Of a DNA stretch of 64,000 nt, positions 49,863 through 60,657 are shown one piece after another. The translations under genes and the position numbers were made by a program. Location: positions 40,809 to 104,808 of the forward strand of contig DFXM01000001.1 of assembly GCA_002381695.1 (NCBI GenBank), in the 5' to 3' direction. A model generated the notes under the pieces. It worked only from the letters and a program-made list of their open reading frames with translations. It ran no database searches and was not told the origin of the DNA. The stretch comes from Clostridium sp. UBA4108 (GTDB lineage Bacteria > Bacillota > Clostridia > Clostridiales > Clostridiaceae). The first letter of the stretch is position 1; the number at the start of each line of letters is the position of its first letter.

Positions 49863-49894
49863 AAAAATCTCCTAAGCTTCTTAGGAGATTTTTT
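49863..49894. terminator. bidirectional terminator after the tRNA
   Basis: AAAAATCTCCTAAG-CTT-CTTAGGAGATTTTT. Confidence 0.8.
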
Positions 49895-49942
49895 ATTTTT
49901 CCTCTAACTTAGGATTAGTAGACAATATATAAGCTAGCGAAG

Positions 49943-51295
49943 TTATATTTTTTTTAAAATATTATATTTTCTTTTAGTGTATTTTTTGATGAAATACTCC
50001 TTAGAGGTGTGTATTCTATACATAGCATATAAGAATCTATCTATTTCTTCAAAAGTATTATACATTCCAAAACTAATTCTTACAGTACCAGGTTGAGATT
50101 CTTTTGATTCATACATAGCTTTTTCAATAATATCAGGAGGCAATTTTAATAAGGTTTGCATATAAGGATGTGCACAAAAACAACCACTTCTTACAGCAAT
50201 ACCAAATTCGTAGGATAAAATTTTAGCTAATAGTGCGTGGTGTATACCATCCATATTAAAATTAATTATACTTACCTTATTATTGTAATTTTTATAATCT
50301 CCGTAGATAGTTACTGAAGGAATGTATAGTAGATTCTCAGTAGCATACATTGTTAAATTCTTCTCATGATCTTCAATATGACGCATACCCACTCTAGAAA
50401 GTTTTCTTATAGAAGAACTGAGGGCTATAGCTCCTAATACATTAGGAGATCCAGCTTCATGTCTATCTGGAGAAGGAGCCCATGTTACCTTGTTATGTGA
50501 AACGTAGGAAATTGTTCCACCTCCAGAATAGTCAGGAGGACAATTATTGAAGAAGGTCTTGTCGCCTAGAAGCACTCCTGTTCCAAAAGGTGCATAAATT
50601 TTATGAGCAGAAAAAGCAACAAAATCAATATAATCTATATCATGAGGATTTTTAAGCGAAAAGGGACTGTGTGGTATTAGTTGAGCACCATCCACCAAAA
50701 TTTTTGCACCATAAGAATGGGCAAGCTTAGCAATTTGATATATATTATTTTTATGACCAGTTACATTAGAAGCTCCTGTAACAGCTACAAGAATTACTTT
50801 TCCACTATACTCTTCTAACTTATTTTTTAAATCATCTAAGTTTAGTACACCTTTATTATCTACATCTACATACTTAACATTAAAATTTTCTCTCCAAGGT
50901 AAATCATTTGAATGGTGTTCCATAAAGGTAGAAATCACTATGGAACCACTATTTTTAAGAGCTAACAAGTTTGCTAACTTATTTATAGCTTCTGTACAAT
51001 TTTTCACATATATTATATCGCAAAAATTTTTATTTGCACCAATAAATTTCATTACTTCAATTTTACTCGATTCATAAAGAGCAGTAGATAATTGAGATTT
51101 ATAACCTTCTCCTCTATGAACAGAAGAATAATAAGGTGAAACCTTCAGAAGTTCATCTATGACACACTTAAGGGGCGGAGTGGTGGCAGCATTATCAAAG
51201 TTTATACCCTCAACAGATTTTCCATCTGCTAGAGTTACTTTGTTATTAACTCCTAGAACTAGATTCCTAAATTCATTATCTTTAAAGTTACTCAT
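49943..51295 (-). CDS. class V PLP enzyme, group II (SufS/CsdA-like) cysteine desulfurase family
   Basis: NFDNAATT, EHHSNDLPW, ASNVTG, DGAQ, FSAHKIYAPFG, VRSGCFCAHP. Confidence 0.85.
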   Translation of the reverse strand: MSNFKDNEFRNLVLGVNNKVTLADGKSVEGINFDNAATTPPLKCVIDELLKVSPYYSSVHRGEGYKSQLSTALYESSKIEVMKFIGANKNFCDIIYVKNCTEAINKLANLLALKNSGSIVISTFMEHHSNDLPWRENFNVKYVDVDNKGVLNLDDLKNKLEEYSGKVILVAVTGASNVTGHKNNIYQIAKLAHSYGAKILVDGAQLIPHSPFSLKNPHDIDYIDFVAFSAHKIYAPFGTGVLLGDKTFFNNCPPDYSGGGTISYVSHNKVTWAPSPDRHEAGSPNVLGAIALSSSIRKLSRVGMRHIEDHEKNLTMYATENLLYIPSVTIYGDYKNYNNKVSIINFNMDGIHHALLAKILSYEFGIAVRSGCFCAHPYMQTLLKLPPDIIEKAMYESKESQPGTVRISFGMYNTFEEIDRFLYAMYRIHTSKEYFIKKYTKRKYNILKKI

Positions 51296-51385
51296 TTTCT
51301 AAACCTCCTTAAAGTGGTTATATTATATACTATTAAATTACCTTATAATTGGTACATTTATATAAAATACTGAGTGTTTTATTTA

Positions 51386-51444
51386 ATAGTTGACATGATT
51401 ACTCTGATTTGATAATATGAAAGTATAGTAAAGTACTCAACATT
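51386..51444 (+). promoter_or_regulatory. iscR promoter with candidate IscR operator sites
   Basis: TTGACA(51390)-N17-TAATAT with extended TG. ATAGTTGACATGATTACTCTGATTT (51386-51410) resembles type-1 IscR sites as recalled; a related inverted copy lies at 51420-51444. Confidence 0.6.
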
Positions 51445-51458
51445 AAGGAATGATATAT

Positions 51459-51899
51459 ATGAAATTATCAACAAAGGGAAGATATGGAGTCAAGGCTATG
51501 GTTGACCTAGCAATTAACTATGGAAAAGAGCCTGTATCAATAAAGAGTATTTCCAGTAGACAAAATATATCAGAATATTATTTAGAACAGCTATTCTCTG
51601 TGCTAAGAAAATCTGGACTTATAAAGAGTGTTAGAGGAGCAAATGGAGGATATATTCTAGATAAAGCACCGGTAGATATTACAGTTTATGAAGTGCTAGA
51701 GGTTTTAGAAGGACCTATAGAGATATCTACTTGTTTAGATAGTCATGACTGTAACAATATTGATTGTTGCGCAACTAGGTTAGTGTGGAAAAAAATAAAA
51801 GATAGCATGGATTCGGTTACAAGGTCCATAACATTGCAAGATATTGTGGACGATTATTTAAATATGGCTAAACTAAAAGGAGTGAATTTCAATGAATAA
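51459..51899 (+). CDS. iscR: Rrf2-family regulator, IscR-type
   Basis: MKLSTKGRYG, YLEQLF, SVRGANGGY; C-x5-C-x4-CC cluster ligands; leads iscS-iscU. Confidence 0.85.
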   Translation: MKLSTKGRYGVKAMVDLAINYGKEPVSIKSISSRQNISEYYLEQLFSVLRKSGLIKSVRGANGGYILDKAPVDITVYEVLEVLEGPIEISTCLDSHDCNNIDCCATRLVWKKIKDSMDSVTRSITLQDIVDDYLNMAKLKGVNFNE

Positions 51900-53076
51900 A
51901 CCAATTTATATGGACTATGCAGCTACAACCTTTACAAAACAAGAGGTTGTAGAGGAGATGTTACCATATTTTACTGAGTTTTATGGTAATCCGTCTTCAG
52001 TTTATTCAATTTCAAGAGAAACTAAAAAAGCTTTAGATAAAGCGAGAGATAGAGTAGCAAAGGCTATAAATGTGGATGCTAGCGAAATATATTTCACAGG
52101 TGGAGGATCTGAAGCAGATAACTGGGCTATAAAAGGAATAGCTTTTGCACATAAGAATAAAGGAAATCATATAATTACAACTAAAATTGAGCATCATGCT
52201 GTATTACATGCATGTGAATATTTAGAGAAACATGGTTTTGAAGTAACTTATTTAGATGTAAATGAAGAGGGCGTAGTAGAGATAGAAGAATTCAATAAAG
52301 CTATAAAACATAACACTATATTAGTTACTATAATGATGGCGAATAATGAAATAGGATCAATACAACCTATTAAAGAAATAGGAGCCATCTGTAAAGAGAA
52401 AAAGATAGTATTCCATACAGATGCAGTTCAAGCTGTAGGACATATTGATGTAGATGCAAAAGAATTGAATGTAGATTTATTATCATTAGCAGCCCATAAA
52501 TTTTATGGACCTAAAGGTGTAGGAGCACTATATGTAAGAAAAGGTATTAGAATACACAATTTAGTTCATGGCGGAGGACAAGAAAAAGCTAGAAGAGCTG
52601 GTACAGAAAATGTAGCGGGAATAGTAGGACTTGGAAAAGCTATAGAGCTAGCAGTGGAGGATTTACCTAAAAATAAAGAGAAAATGACTAAACTAAGAGA
52701 TAAGCTAATAAATGGATTATTAGAAATACCATATTCAAGACTAAATGGACCAACTGGAGAACAGAGATTGCCAGGAAACGCAAATATATGTTTTAGATTT
52801 ATAGAGGGTGAATCTGTACTTCTAATGTTAGATGCTATGGGCATTTGTGCATCAAGTGGTAGTGCATGTACATCAGGGTCATTAGATCCATCTCATGTAT
52901 TATTAGCCATTGGCTTACCACACGAGATAGCACATGGGTCATTAAGGTTGAGTATAGGTGATAGAACAACTGAAGAAGAAGTAGATTATGTATTAGAAAA
53001 AGTTCCAAGTATTGTTCAAAGATTAAGAGATATGTCACCATTGTATGATGACTTTTTAAACGAGGAGGAAAAATAA
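51892..53076 (+). CDS. iscS: cysteine desulfurase (group I, NifS/IscS)
   Basis: YMDYAATT, GNPSS, HTDAVQ, AHKFYGPKG, SSGSACTS. Confidence 0.95.
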   Translation: MNKPIYMDYAATTFTKQEVVEEMLPYFTEFYGNPSSVYSISRETKKALDKARDRVAKAINVDASEIYFTGGGSEADNWAIKGIAFAHKNKGNHIITTKIEHHAVLHACEYLEKHGFEVTYLDVNEEGVVEIEEFNKAIKHNTILVTIMMANNEIGSIQPIKEIGAICKEKKIVFHTDAVQAVGHIDVDAKELNVDLLSLAAHKFYGPKGVGALYVRKGIRIHNLVHGGGQEKARRAGTENVAGIVGLGKAIELAVEDLPKNKEKMTKLRDKLINGLLEIPYSRLNGPTGEQRLPGNANICFRFIEGESVLLMLDAMGICASSGSACTSGSLDPSHVLLAIGLPHEIAHGSLRLSIGDRTTEEEVDYVLEKVPSIVQRLRDMSPLYDDFLNEEEK

Positions 53077-53077
53077 T

Positions 53078-53509
53078 ATGATATATAGTGATAAAGTAAT
53101 GGACCATTTTACAAACCCAAGAAATGTAGGGGAAATCAAAGATGCAAGTGGTATTGGTGAAGTTGGAAATGCTAAATGCGGAGATATAATGAAGGTTTAT
53201 CTTAAAATAGAAAATAATATAATAGTGGATGCTAAGTTTAAAACGTTTGGATGTGGTTCTGCTATAGCTTCTTCAAGTATGGCAACAGACCTTATAAAGG
53301 GAAAATCAGTTGATGAGGCATGGACTCTAACTAATAAAGCAGTTGCAGAGGCTTTAGATGGACTTCCACCAATAAAAATGCACTGTTCAGTACTTGCAGA
53401 AGAAGCAATACACAAAGCAATAAATGACTATAGGGAAAAGCAAGGATTGGAAGCTTGGAATTATGAAGAGCATGATGATATTCATGATCATGTACATGGA
53501 GAAGAATAG
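53078..53509 (+). CDS. iscU: Fe-S cluster scaffold IscU/NifU-N with His/acidic tail
   Basis: YSDKVMDHF.NPRN, CGD, FGCGSAIASSS, LPPIKMHC. Confidence 0.95.
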   Translation: MIYSDKVMDHFTNPRNVGEIKDASGIGEVGNAKCGDIMKVYLKIENNIIVDAKFKTFGCGSAIASSSMATDLIKGKSVDEAWTLTNKAVAEALDGLPPIKMHCSVLAEEAIHKAINDYREKQGLEAWNYEEHDDIHDHVHGEE

Positions 53510-53520
53510 GTGATTAAATA

Positions 53521-54594
53521 ATGAAGAAAAAAGTTATAGTTGGCATGAGTGGAGGCGTAGACAGTTCTGTAGCAGCATATTTACTTAAAGAACAAGGGTA
53601 TGATGTAATAGGAATTATGATGAAACTTTCTGATAATCCTGATTATGATGAGAATGATGGTGGATGCTGTTCGATTTCTGCAGCTAATGATGCTAGAAGA
53701 GTGGCTGATGTCTTAGATATACCATTTTATGTGTTAAACTTTAAAAGACCCTTTAAGACAAATGTTATAGATTATTTTGTAGATGAATACTTTGAAGGGA
53801 AAACTCCTAATCCATGTGTTATGTGTAATAAAACTGTAAGGTTTAGTGAGCTTTTAAGGAAAGCTAAGGAATTGGGTGTAGACTACATAGCCACAGGCCA
53901 TTATGCCACAATTACAAAGGAGAAAAATAGATACATTCTAACAAAGTCCCAGGATGATAAAAAAGATCAAACATACATGCTTTATGGATTAACACAAGAA
54001 CATCTAGCACATACTCTAATGCCTTGTGGAGAGTATTCTAAGACAGAAATAAGAGCTATAGCTGAAAAAATTGGGTTGGATGTATTTAGAAAAAGAGATT
54101 CTCAAGAAATATGTTTTATACCTGATAATGATCATGGAAACTATATTAAAGTATATGGTGGAAGAGAAGTAAAAGAAGGTAACTTTGTAGATAAAGATGG
54201 GAAAATCTTAGGAAAGCATAAAGGAATCATTTATTATACCATAGGACAAAGAAAGGGATTAGGTATAGCTTTAGGAAAGCCTACATATGTAATAGATATT
54301 ATTCCGGAAAACAATGAAGTAGTGTTAGGTGAGGAAGATGATATTTTTAAAACTACTTTAATAGCAAAAGATATAAATTTAATTCCTTTTGATAAGGTTC
54401 CAGGAACTATAACGGTAGAGGCGAAGGTTAGATATTCTGCCAAAACTTCTCCAGCTATTTTAACTCAAATAGATGATAATCATATCAGAGTAGAGTTTAA
54501 AGAAAAGCAAAGAGCTATAACAAAAGGACAATCTGTAGTTTGTTATATAGATGACTTAGTTATGGGTGGAGGAATAATAGAACAAGTGTTCTAG
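53521..54594 (+). CDS. mnmA: tRNA 2-thiouridine(34) synthase
   Basis: [47 protein letters not shown]. Confidence 0.97.
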   Translation: MKKKVIVGMSGGVDSSVAAYLLKEQGYDVIGIMMKLSDNPDYDENDGGCCSISAANDARRVADVLDIPFYVLNFKRPFKTNVIDYFVDEYFEGKTPNPCVMCNKTVRFSELLRKAKELGVDYIATGHYATITKEKNRYILTKSQDDKKDQTYMLYGLTQEHLAHTLMPCGEYSKTEIRAIAEKIGLDVFRKRDSQEICFIPDNDHGNYIKVYGGREVKEGNFVDKDGKILGKHKGIIYYTIGQRKGLGIALGKPTYVIDIIPENNEVVLGEEDDIFKTTLIAKDINLIPFDKVPGTITVEAKVRYSAKTSPAILTQIDDNHIRVEFKEKQRAITKGQSVVCYIDDLVMGGGIIEQVF

Positions 54595-54654
54595 TATATT
54601 AATTGACAAGGATTTAGAATCAGATTTTTATTTTAATATAGAATTTTTACAATG

Positions 54655-54754
54655 ATTAATTATCAATGTTCAATGTTCAATGTTCAATGAAAGAAGAAGC
54701 TCGTGTGGAGATTCTTTAGAAATTGCTTATTGACATTGACTATTGATAATTAAT
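54655..54754. repeat. ~100-bp inverted element with heptamer tandem repeats
   Basis: Perfect 13-bp terminal inverted repeat ATTAATTATCAAT/ATTGATAATTAAT; (TCAATGT)x3 plus a partial copy on the left, degenerate ATTGA copies on the right. Confidence 0.7.
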
Positions 54755-54833
54755 TTTTTAGTTGAAAACTTTCGTCTAAATTATGTTTATACTTATAAAA
54801 GTAATAATTTATTTTAAAAATAGAGGTGAAATC

Positions 54834-55232
54834 ATGCAATATAGTGATAAGGTTTTAGAACACTTTTACGCCCCTAGAAATGTAGGGTCTCTGCCAAATG
54901 CAAATGGAATTGGCCAGTGTGGAGATGCGAAATGTGGGGATATAATGAAAATATATCTAGATATACAGGATAACATTATACAAGATGTGAAATTTATGAC
55001 TTTCGGATGTGGTTCAGCAATAGCATCATCAAGTATAGCTACGGAACTTATAAAGAAGAAAACTTTAGAGGAGGCCTGGAGTATTACAAATAAATCTGTG
55101 ATAGAGGCTTTAGATGGACTTCCAAGTGAAAAAATACATTGTTCTGTGTTAGCAGAGCAAACAATTCATCAAGCAATAAACAATTATAGATTGGCTAAAG
55201 GGTTAGATAAGTGGAAGGATAAATACGAATAA
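54834..55232 (+). CDS. iscU: second IscU/NifU-N scaffold paralog
   Basis: YSDKVLEHFYAPRN, CGD, FGCGSAIASSS, LPSEKIHC; ATG after GAGGTG. Confidence 0.9.
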   Translation: MQYSDKVLEHFYAPRNVGSLPNANGIGQCGDAKCGDIMKIYLDIQDNIIQDVKFMTFGCGSAIASSSIATELIKKKTLEEAWSITNKSVIEALDGLPSEKIHCSVLAEQTIHQAINNYRLAKGLDKWKDKYE

Positions 55233-55241
55233 GATAGATAA

Positions 55242-55271
55242 GTATAAAATCTGTCACCATAGGGAAAAATA
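55242..55271 (+). promoter_or_regulatory. sigma F/G-type promoter
   Basis: GTATA-N15-GGGAAAAATA matches the sigma F consensus. Confidence 0.6.
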
Positions 55272-55300
55272 AGTATAGGATTTTCTATGGAGTGATTGAA

Positions 55301-55810
55301 ATGGCAAAAAGTAGGGATTATATATATACAGATGTAACAGATATTAGTGGTAAAAAGCTTGGGTATATAAAGGATGTGTTATTAGATTTCAATAAGGGTC
55401 AAGTAGTTGGATATAAAATTATTCCATATAAATTTATAGGAAAAGAATTCAGTATATTAAAAGAACACATAGTTTATCATAATACAGAGGTAATAGTAAA
55501 TAGCTTTACGAAAAAGGAATACTTAGATTTTTCAACTATTAAAAATATGTATGTTTTCGATGTGAACTCAAATTTTTTAGGAGTAGTTTATGAGATTTTA
55601 TTTTCAGAAGAAGATTACAATATAAAGGGTATATGTATAAAGAGTGGTAATTTTTTCTTAGGATTTAGAGAAAGAAAAATTCTTTTAATAAAGGAATTGA
55701 TATTGGGAGAGAAAAGCATAGTTTATATAGATAGAAAAAAAAATATAGAATGCAGTTGTTTACCTAGGATTAATTTAAAATTTAATTATAGGGAGAATGG
55801 GTTAGAATGA
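55301..55810 (+). CDS. tandem PRC-barrel protein (YrrD-like)
   Basis: V.DISGKKLGYIKDVLLD and V.DVNSNFLGVVYEILF repeats; alternative GTG start at 55292. Confidence 0.8.
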   Translation: MAKSRDYIYTDVTDISGKKLGYIKDVLLDFNKGQVVGYKIIPYKFIGKEFSILKEHIVYHNTEVIVNSFTKKEYLDFSTIKNMYVFDVNSNFLGVVYEILFSEEDYNIKGICIKSGNFFLGFRERKILLIKELILGEKSIVYIDRKKNIECSCLPRINLKFNYRENGLE

Positions 55811-56838
55811 AAAAGAAAAAGACTATCTATAATATACTTTTTGTGTTTGGGATTCTAGTTATTATAGGAACTATAATACTTGTAGCTGTTAAATTTCCTA
55901 TATTCATTGAATTATTTGGTGTAATTATACTCTCTTTTGTAATATCCTATACTTTACGTCCTATATGTATATGGTTAGTAAAGCATGGGATAAATAGAAA
56001 ACTTAGTTCAGCACTAATCATAATTGGATTAATTGTAGGACTAATCCTTATATGGGTTATATTAATACCAGCTATATATGCTCAGAGCTCTAATTTGAAT
56101 GATACAATTAATGAAATTAAATATTATATACAAAGATTTTCCAGTGGGTTAGAGTATAGTGGAGAAAATGAAATATTAAATCAAGTATTATCTACTGCTT
56201 ATAGTAAAATGCAAATAATAATTTCTGGTTTAGCCACTAAAGTAATTGACAAAATTATAAATTTAGCAGGGAATTTAGCACTATTGCTCATAACTCCAAC
56301 TTTAGCATACTTTTTTTTGAGTGATGGAGAAAATATATTTAATGGAATTATGAGGTTTGTACCAGGAAATAGTAAGGATATAGTAAGAAGAGTAATGCTT
56401 CATATTGATAAGGTTATGCAGCGCTATATAATTACTCAATTTGAGCTCTGTGGAATAATTGGAGTGTTAACCTATGTAGCGCTGTTAATAAGTGGGGTAA
56501 AATATCCACTTATACTTGCTATAATAAATGCTATATTTAACATTATTCCATATTTTGGTCCAATTATAGGAGCTGTCCCTATTGTATTAATATCTTTAAT
56601 CATCTCAACTAAAAAAGCAATTGTCGTAATTTTTTGGCTTTTTATTATACAACAATTAGAAGGGGACATTATATGTCCAAAAGTTTTAGGTGAGAGCATA
56701 AGTTCTCATCCAGCTACAGTATTACTATTGTTAATTATTGGCGGAAGTATAGGCGGAATCATGGGAATGATTTTGATTGTTCCGATATGGGTAATGGCAA
56801 AAATCATATATGATGAAGTGGAATATTATTTATTTTAA
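55807..56838 (+). CDS. AI-2E family transporter (YrrI-like)
   Basis: YFFLSDG, NIIPYFGP, IQQLEGDIICP, HPATV; multiple TMs. Confidence 0.9.
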   Translation: MKKKKTIYNILFVFGILVIIGTIILVAVKFPIFIELFGVIILSFVISYTLRPICIWLVKHGINRKLSSALIIIGLIVGLILIWVILIPAIYAQSSNLNDTINEIKYYIQRFSSGLEYSGENEILNQVLSTAYSKMQIIISGLATKVIDKIINLAGNLALLLITPTLAYFFLSDGENIFNGIMRFVPGNSKDIVRRVMLHIDKVMQRYIITQFELCGIIGVLTYVALLISGVKYPLILAIINAIFNIIPYFGPIIGAVPIVLISLIISTKKAIVVIFWLFIIQQLEGDIICPKVLGESISSHPATVLLLLIIGGSIGGIMGMILIVPIWVMAKIIYDEVEYYLF

Positions 56839-56846
56839 AAGGCATA

Positions 56847-56875
56847 TTGACAATTTATAGAACCTTACATATAAT
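56847..56875 (+). promoter_or_regulatory. sigma A promoter of the alaS leader
   Basis: Perfect TTGACA-N17-TATAAT. Confidence 0.85.
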
Positions 56876-56894
56876 TATAAAATATAACTTAATA

Positions 56895-57092
56895 TGAAGT
56901 GATGATAAGAATGAGTAAATATGAAAAGCTTACAGAGAGGAAGTAGATGGTGTGAACTTCTAGTGGGACATATTGAAGCTATCTTTGAGCTATAATTAAT
57001 TAAGAGGCACTATGTTAATCATGTAGTGTAATTAGGGTGGTAACGCGGATAAACTTTCGTCCCTTATTTATTAAGGGAGGAAGGTTTTTTTA
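56895..57092 (+). promoter_or_regulatory. T-box riboswitch (Ala specifier GCT)
   Basis: GAGTA, AGAGAG and GGTGTGA stem I elements; specifier GAA-GCT-A at 56978-56980; T-box AGGGTGGTAACGCG at 57034-57047; terminator 57051-57092. Confidence 0.93.
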
Positions 57093-57164
57093 TTTTATCT
57101 TAATTTAGTTATTATCTTATTAATAGATAAATCAATGGAATATGTATATCAGGAGGTAAATAAT

Positions 57165-59810
57165 ATGAATAAAATGGGTTTAAATGAAATTAGAGAGAGC
57201 TTTTTAAGCTTCTTTGAAAGTAAAGATCACTTAAGACTGCCAAGTTTTCCACTGGTACCTAAAGGTGATAAAAGTTTGTTATTAATTAATGCAGGTATGG
57301 CTCCTCTTAAGCCATATTTTACTGGATTACAAACTCCGCCTAGAAATAGAATAGCTACTTGTCAAAAGTGTATAAGAACAGGGGATATAGAAATTGTAGG
57401 AAAAACATCAAGGCATGGTACTTTTTTTGAAATGCTAGGTAATTTTTCTTTTGGAGATTACTTTAAAAATGAAATCATTATATGGGCGTGGGAATATATA
57501 ACGGAAGTTTTAAGAATACCAAAAGATAGACTATATGTAACGGTGTATCTTGAAGATGATGAAGCAGCAGAAATTTGGGCTAGCAAGACGGATATAGATC
57601 CTAAAAGAATTTTTAGACTTGGGAAGGAAGATAATTTTTGGGAACATGGTGCTGGACCATGCGGTCCTTGTACAGAAATTCACTATGATAGAGGTGTAGG
57701 ATTAGCACCAGTAACAACTGTAGAAGAATTTCTAAAAGCAAGTGATGATGACAGAATAATAGAATTTTGGAATCTTGTATTTACGCAATTTGATGGCGAT
57801 GGAGATGGGAATTATGAGCGATTAGCGAACCCAAATATAGATACAGGAATGGGACTTGAAAGAATTGCAACTATAATGCAAGGTGTAGATAGTATTTTTG
57901 AAGTAGATACCATAAGAAAAATATTAGACCAAGTATGCAGTGTTTCAAGAGTTGCATATGGAAAAGAAAAAAAATCAGATATTTCTATAAGAGTTATTAC
58001 TGATCACATAAGAAGTGTTACCTTTATGATTGGAGATGGCATACTTCCATCTAATGAGGGAAGAGGGTATGTTTTAAGAAGGTTACTAAGAAGAGCAGCA
58101 AGACATGGCAGACTTTTAGGAATTAAAGATATATTCTTATATAAGTTATGTGATATTGTTATAGAATGTTCTAAAGATGAATATAAGGAATTAGAAGATA
58201 AGAAAGATTATATTAAAAAAGTTATAAAGCTAGAAGAAGAGAGATTTAGAGAAACCATAGATTTAGGAATAGATATATTAAAAACATATATAGATGAAAT
58301 GAAAAAAGAAAATTCTAAATTATTGGATGGAGAAAGGGCGTTTAAGCTTTATGACACCTATGGATTTCCAGTGGAGCTTACCCAAGAGATATTAGAAGAG
58401 AAAAATATAGATGTAGATTTAAATGGATTTAATATTGAGATGGAGAAGCAAAGAAATACAGCAAGAGCTGCAAGGTCAGAGTCTAATTATATGGGTAACG
58501 ATGATGGAATTTTAAATGAAATACCTCAAAATATAGAAACAGAGTTCTGCGGATATGATGCTACTTCTTGCCAAGGCACTATATTATGCATAATAGGTGA
58601 AAAAGGCTTTGAAGAAGAAGTTAAAGCTGGAGAAAAATGTGCAATAGTTGTAGATAGAACTCCATTTTATGCAGAAATGGGAGGACAAATTGGAGATAGA
58701 GGAATAATCGAAAATTCTAAATTAAAAGCCATAGTTACAGATTGTAAGAAAAATATTGCTGGTAAGGTTATTCACTTTATAGAAGTTAGAGAAGGAAATA
58801 TTAAAGTTAATGATAAAATAACACTTAAAGTAGATGAAATCAGAAGGCAGAACATTTGTAGAAATCATACGGTTACACATATGTTGCATGAAACATTAAA
58901 AGAAACCCTAGGAGATCATGTAAATCAAGCAGGTTCTTATGTGGATGGAGAAAGATTAAGATTTGACTTTACCCATTTTTCAGCTATGACAGAGAAACAG
59001 TTAAAAGAAGTAGAAAATAAATTAAATAGAGAAATAGTTAACGCTTATGAAGTAAAAACTGATGTTATGTCAATAGAAGAAGCAAAGGAAAAGGGTGCAG
59101 TAGCATTATTTGATGATAAATATAAAGAAGATGTTAGAGTTGTTTCTGTAGGTGATTATAGCAAAGAGCTTTGTGGAGGAACTCATGTTAAGAATTCAGG
59201 AGAGATTGGACTTTTTAAGATAGTTAGTGAAGCAGGGGTGGCTGCAGGAGTTAGGAGAATAGAAGCTATTACTTCTGAAAAGGCTGTAAATTATGTTGAA
59301 GAAAAGGAAAACATGATAAAAGAAATATGTTCTACATTAAAGTGTAATGAAAAAGAGATAATTAATAAAATAACATCTTTATTGTCTAATGTTAAAGAAA
59401 AAGAAAAAGAACTACAAAATTTAAAAGAAAAACTTACAAATGGAATAGAAGATGAAATATTAGACAAAATAGTAGAGGTAAAGGGAGTTAAAGTGGTAGC
59501 TGCTACTGTTAAGGATGTAGATGGTGAAATTTTAAGAAATCTATGTGATAAGCTAAGAAATAAAGTTTCAGAAGGTGTAGTAGTGCTTGGTAGTAGCATG
59601 GGAGATAAGGTTCAATTTGTTGCAATGGCTACCAAGGATGTTGTAGCAAGAGGGGTACATTGTGGAAAAATAATTAAAGAAGTTGCAACCATAGCCGGTG
59701 GTGGAGGTGGCGGAAGACCTGATATGGCTCAAGCAGGTGGAAAGTTACCAGAGAAGCTAGAAGAAGCTATTGCTAGTGTGGCTTCAGTTGTAGAAACTTT
59801 AGTAAAGTAG
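57165..59810 (+). CDS. alaS: alanine--tRNA ligase
   Basis: [30 protein letters not shown], editing HxxxH and [21 protein letters not shown]. Confidence 0.98.
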   Translation: MNKMGLNEIRESFLSFFESKDHLRLPSFPLVPKGDKSLLLINAGMAPLKPYFTGLQTPPRNRIATCQKCIRTGDIEIVGKTSRHGTFFEMLGNFSFGDYFKNEIIIWAWEYITEVLRIPKDRLYVTVYLEDDEAAEIWASKTDIDPKRIFRLGKEDNFWEHGAGPCGPCTEIHYDRGVGLAPVTTVEEFLKASDDDRIIEFWNLVFTQFDGDGDGNYERLANPNIDTGMGLERIATIMQGVDSIFEVDTIRKILDQVCSVSRVAYGKEKKSDISIRVITDHIRSVTFMIGDGILPSNEGRGYVLRRLLRRAARHGRLLGIKDIFLYKLCDIVIECSKDEYKELEDKKDYIKKVIKLEEERFRETIDLGIDILKTYIDEMKKENSKLLDGERAFKLYDTYGFPVELTQEILEEKNIDVDLNGFNIEMEKQRNTARAARSESNYMGNDDGILNEIPQNIETEFCGYDATSCQGTILCIIGEKGFEEEVKAGEKCAIVVDRTPFYAEMGGQIGDRGIIENSKLKAIVTDCKKNIAGKVIHFIEVREGNIKVNDKITLKVDEIRRQNICRNHTVTHMLHETLKETLGDHVNQAGSYVDGERLRFDFTHFSAMTEKQLKEVENKLNREIVNAYEVKTDVMSIEEAKEKGAVALFDDKYKEDVRVVSVGDYSKELCGGTHVKNSGEIGLFKIVSEAGVAAGVRRIEAITSEKAVNYVEEKENMIKEICSTLKCNEKEIINKITSLLSNVKEKEKELQNLKEKLTNGIEDEILDKIVEVKGVKVVAATVKDVDGEILRNLCDKLRNKVSEGVVVLGSSMGDKVQFVAMATKDVVARGVHCGKIIKEVATIAGGGGGGRPDMAQAGGKLPEKLEEAIASVASVVETLVK

Positions 59811-59884
59811 TATACTTTTTGTATATAATGCATTATAATATATCTAAGATAAATGGTAATTAAAGATTTTAAGAAGGTGATATA

Positions 59885-60136
59885 GTGGATAAGCAACATA
59901 CAGTTCAGTTTGATGTAAATAAAGATAAAAAAGATATGACTAAGATAATATTAACTGACGTATATAAAGCTTTAAAAGAAAAGGGATATAACCCTGTAAA
60001 CCAGTTAGTTGGATATCTTATATCTGGCGACCCAACCTATATAACCAACTATAATGGAGCAAGAGCATTAGTTAGTAAGCTTGAGAGAGACGATATATTA
60101 GAAGAAGTTTTAAAATCTTATCTCGATATAAAATAA
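59885..60136 (+). CDS. IreB/ReoM family regulatory phosphoprotein (UPF0297)
   Basis: [37 protein letters not shown]; follows alaS. Confidence 0.93.
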   Translation: MDKQHTVQFDVNKDKKDMTKIILTDVYKALKEKGYNPVNQLVGYLISGDPTYITNYNGARALVSKLERDDILEEVLKSYLDIK

Positions 60137-60229
60137 AAATGCCTTTATAGGCATTTTTATTTTAAAGTTATAAGCAAAAGATCCTATTAACTTGTTTGAG
60201 GATTAAAATATATTTTAAGGAGCTAGGCA

Positions 60230-60640
60230 ATGAGAATACTTGGTTTAGATATTGGTGATAGAACTATAGGAGTGGCTATAAGTGATCCACTAGGATTTAC
60301 AGCACAAGGAATAACTACAATAAGACGTAAAAATGAAGAAATAGATATTGAAGAGATAAAGAAAATTTGTAGGGAATACAATGTGGAAACTATAATCTCA
60401 GGAATGCCTAAAAATATGAATGGAACCATTGGAGAGCAAGCTGAAAAAGTTAAAAATTTTTGTGCGATTCTAAAGGAGCATATTGATATTGAAATAAAAT
60501 TTTGGGACGAGAGACTTACTACGGTTGCAGCGCATAAAGCTATGTTAGAAGCCGATATGTCGAGAAAAAAAAGAAAGACGTTGGTTGATAAAATAGCTGC
60601 TACATATATATTACAAGGATATTTAGATAGCATATATTAA
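60230..60640 (+). CDS. ruvX: YqgF/RuvX family nuclease
   Basis: [35 protein letters not shown]. Confidence 0.95.
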   Translation: MRILGLDIGDRTIGVAISDPLGFTAQGITTIRRKNEEIDIEEIKKICREYNVETIISGMPKNMNGTIGEQAEKVKNFCAILKEHIDIEIKFWDERLTTVAAHKAMLEADMSRKKRKTLVDKIAATYILQGYLDSIY

Positions 60641-60657
60641 TATGAAGGAGGGAAGAA

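Noticed and set aside
49787..49894. tRNA-Lys as an integration site for the ornithine cluster
   Set aside because: No integrase and no duplicated tRNA 3' end seen; the cluster lies on the 5' side of the tRNA.
54663..54689. CRISPR array
   Set aside because: 7-bp tandem units without spacers; no cas genes in the window.
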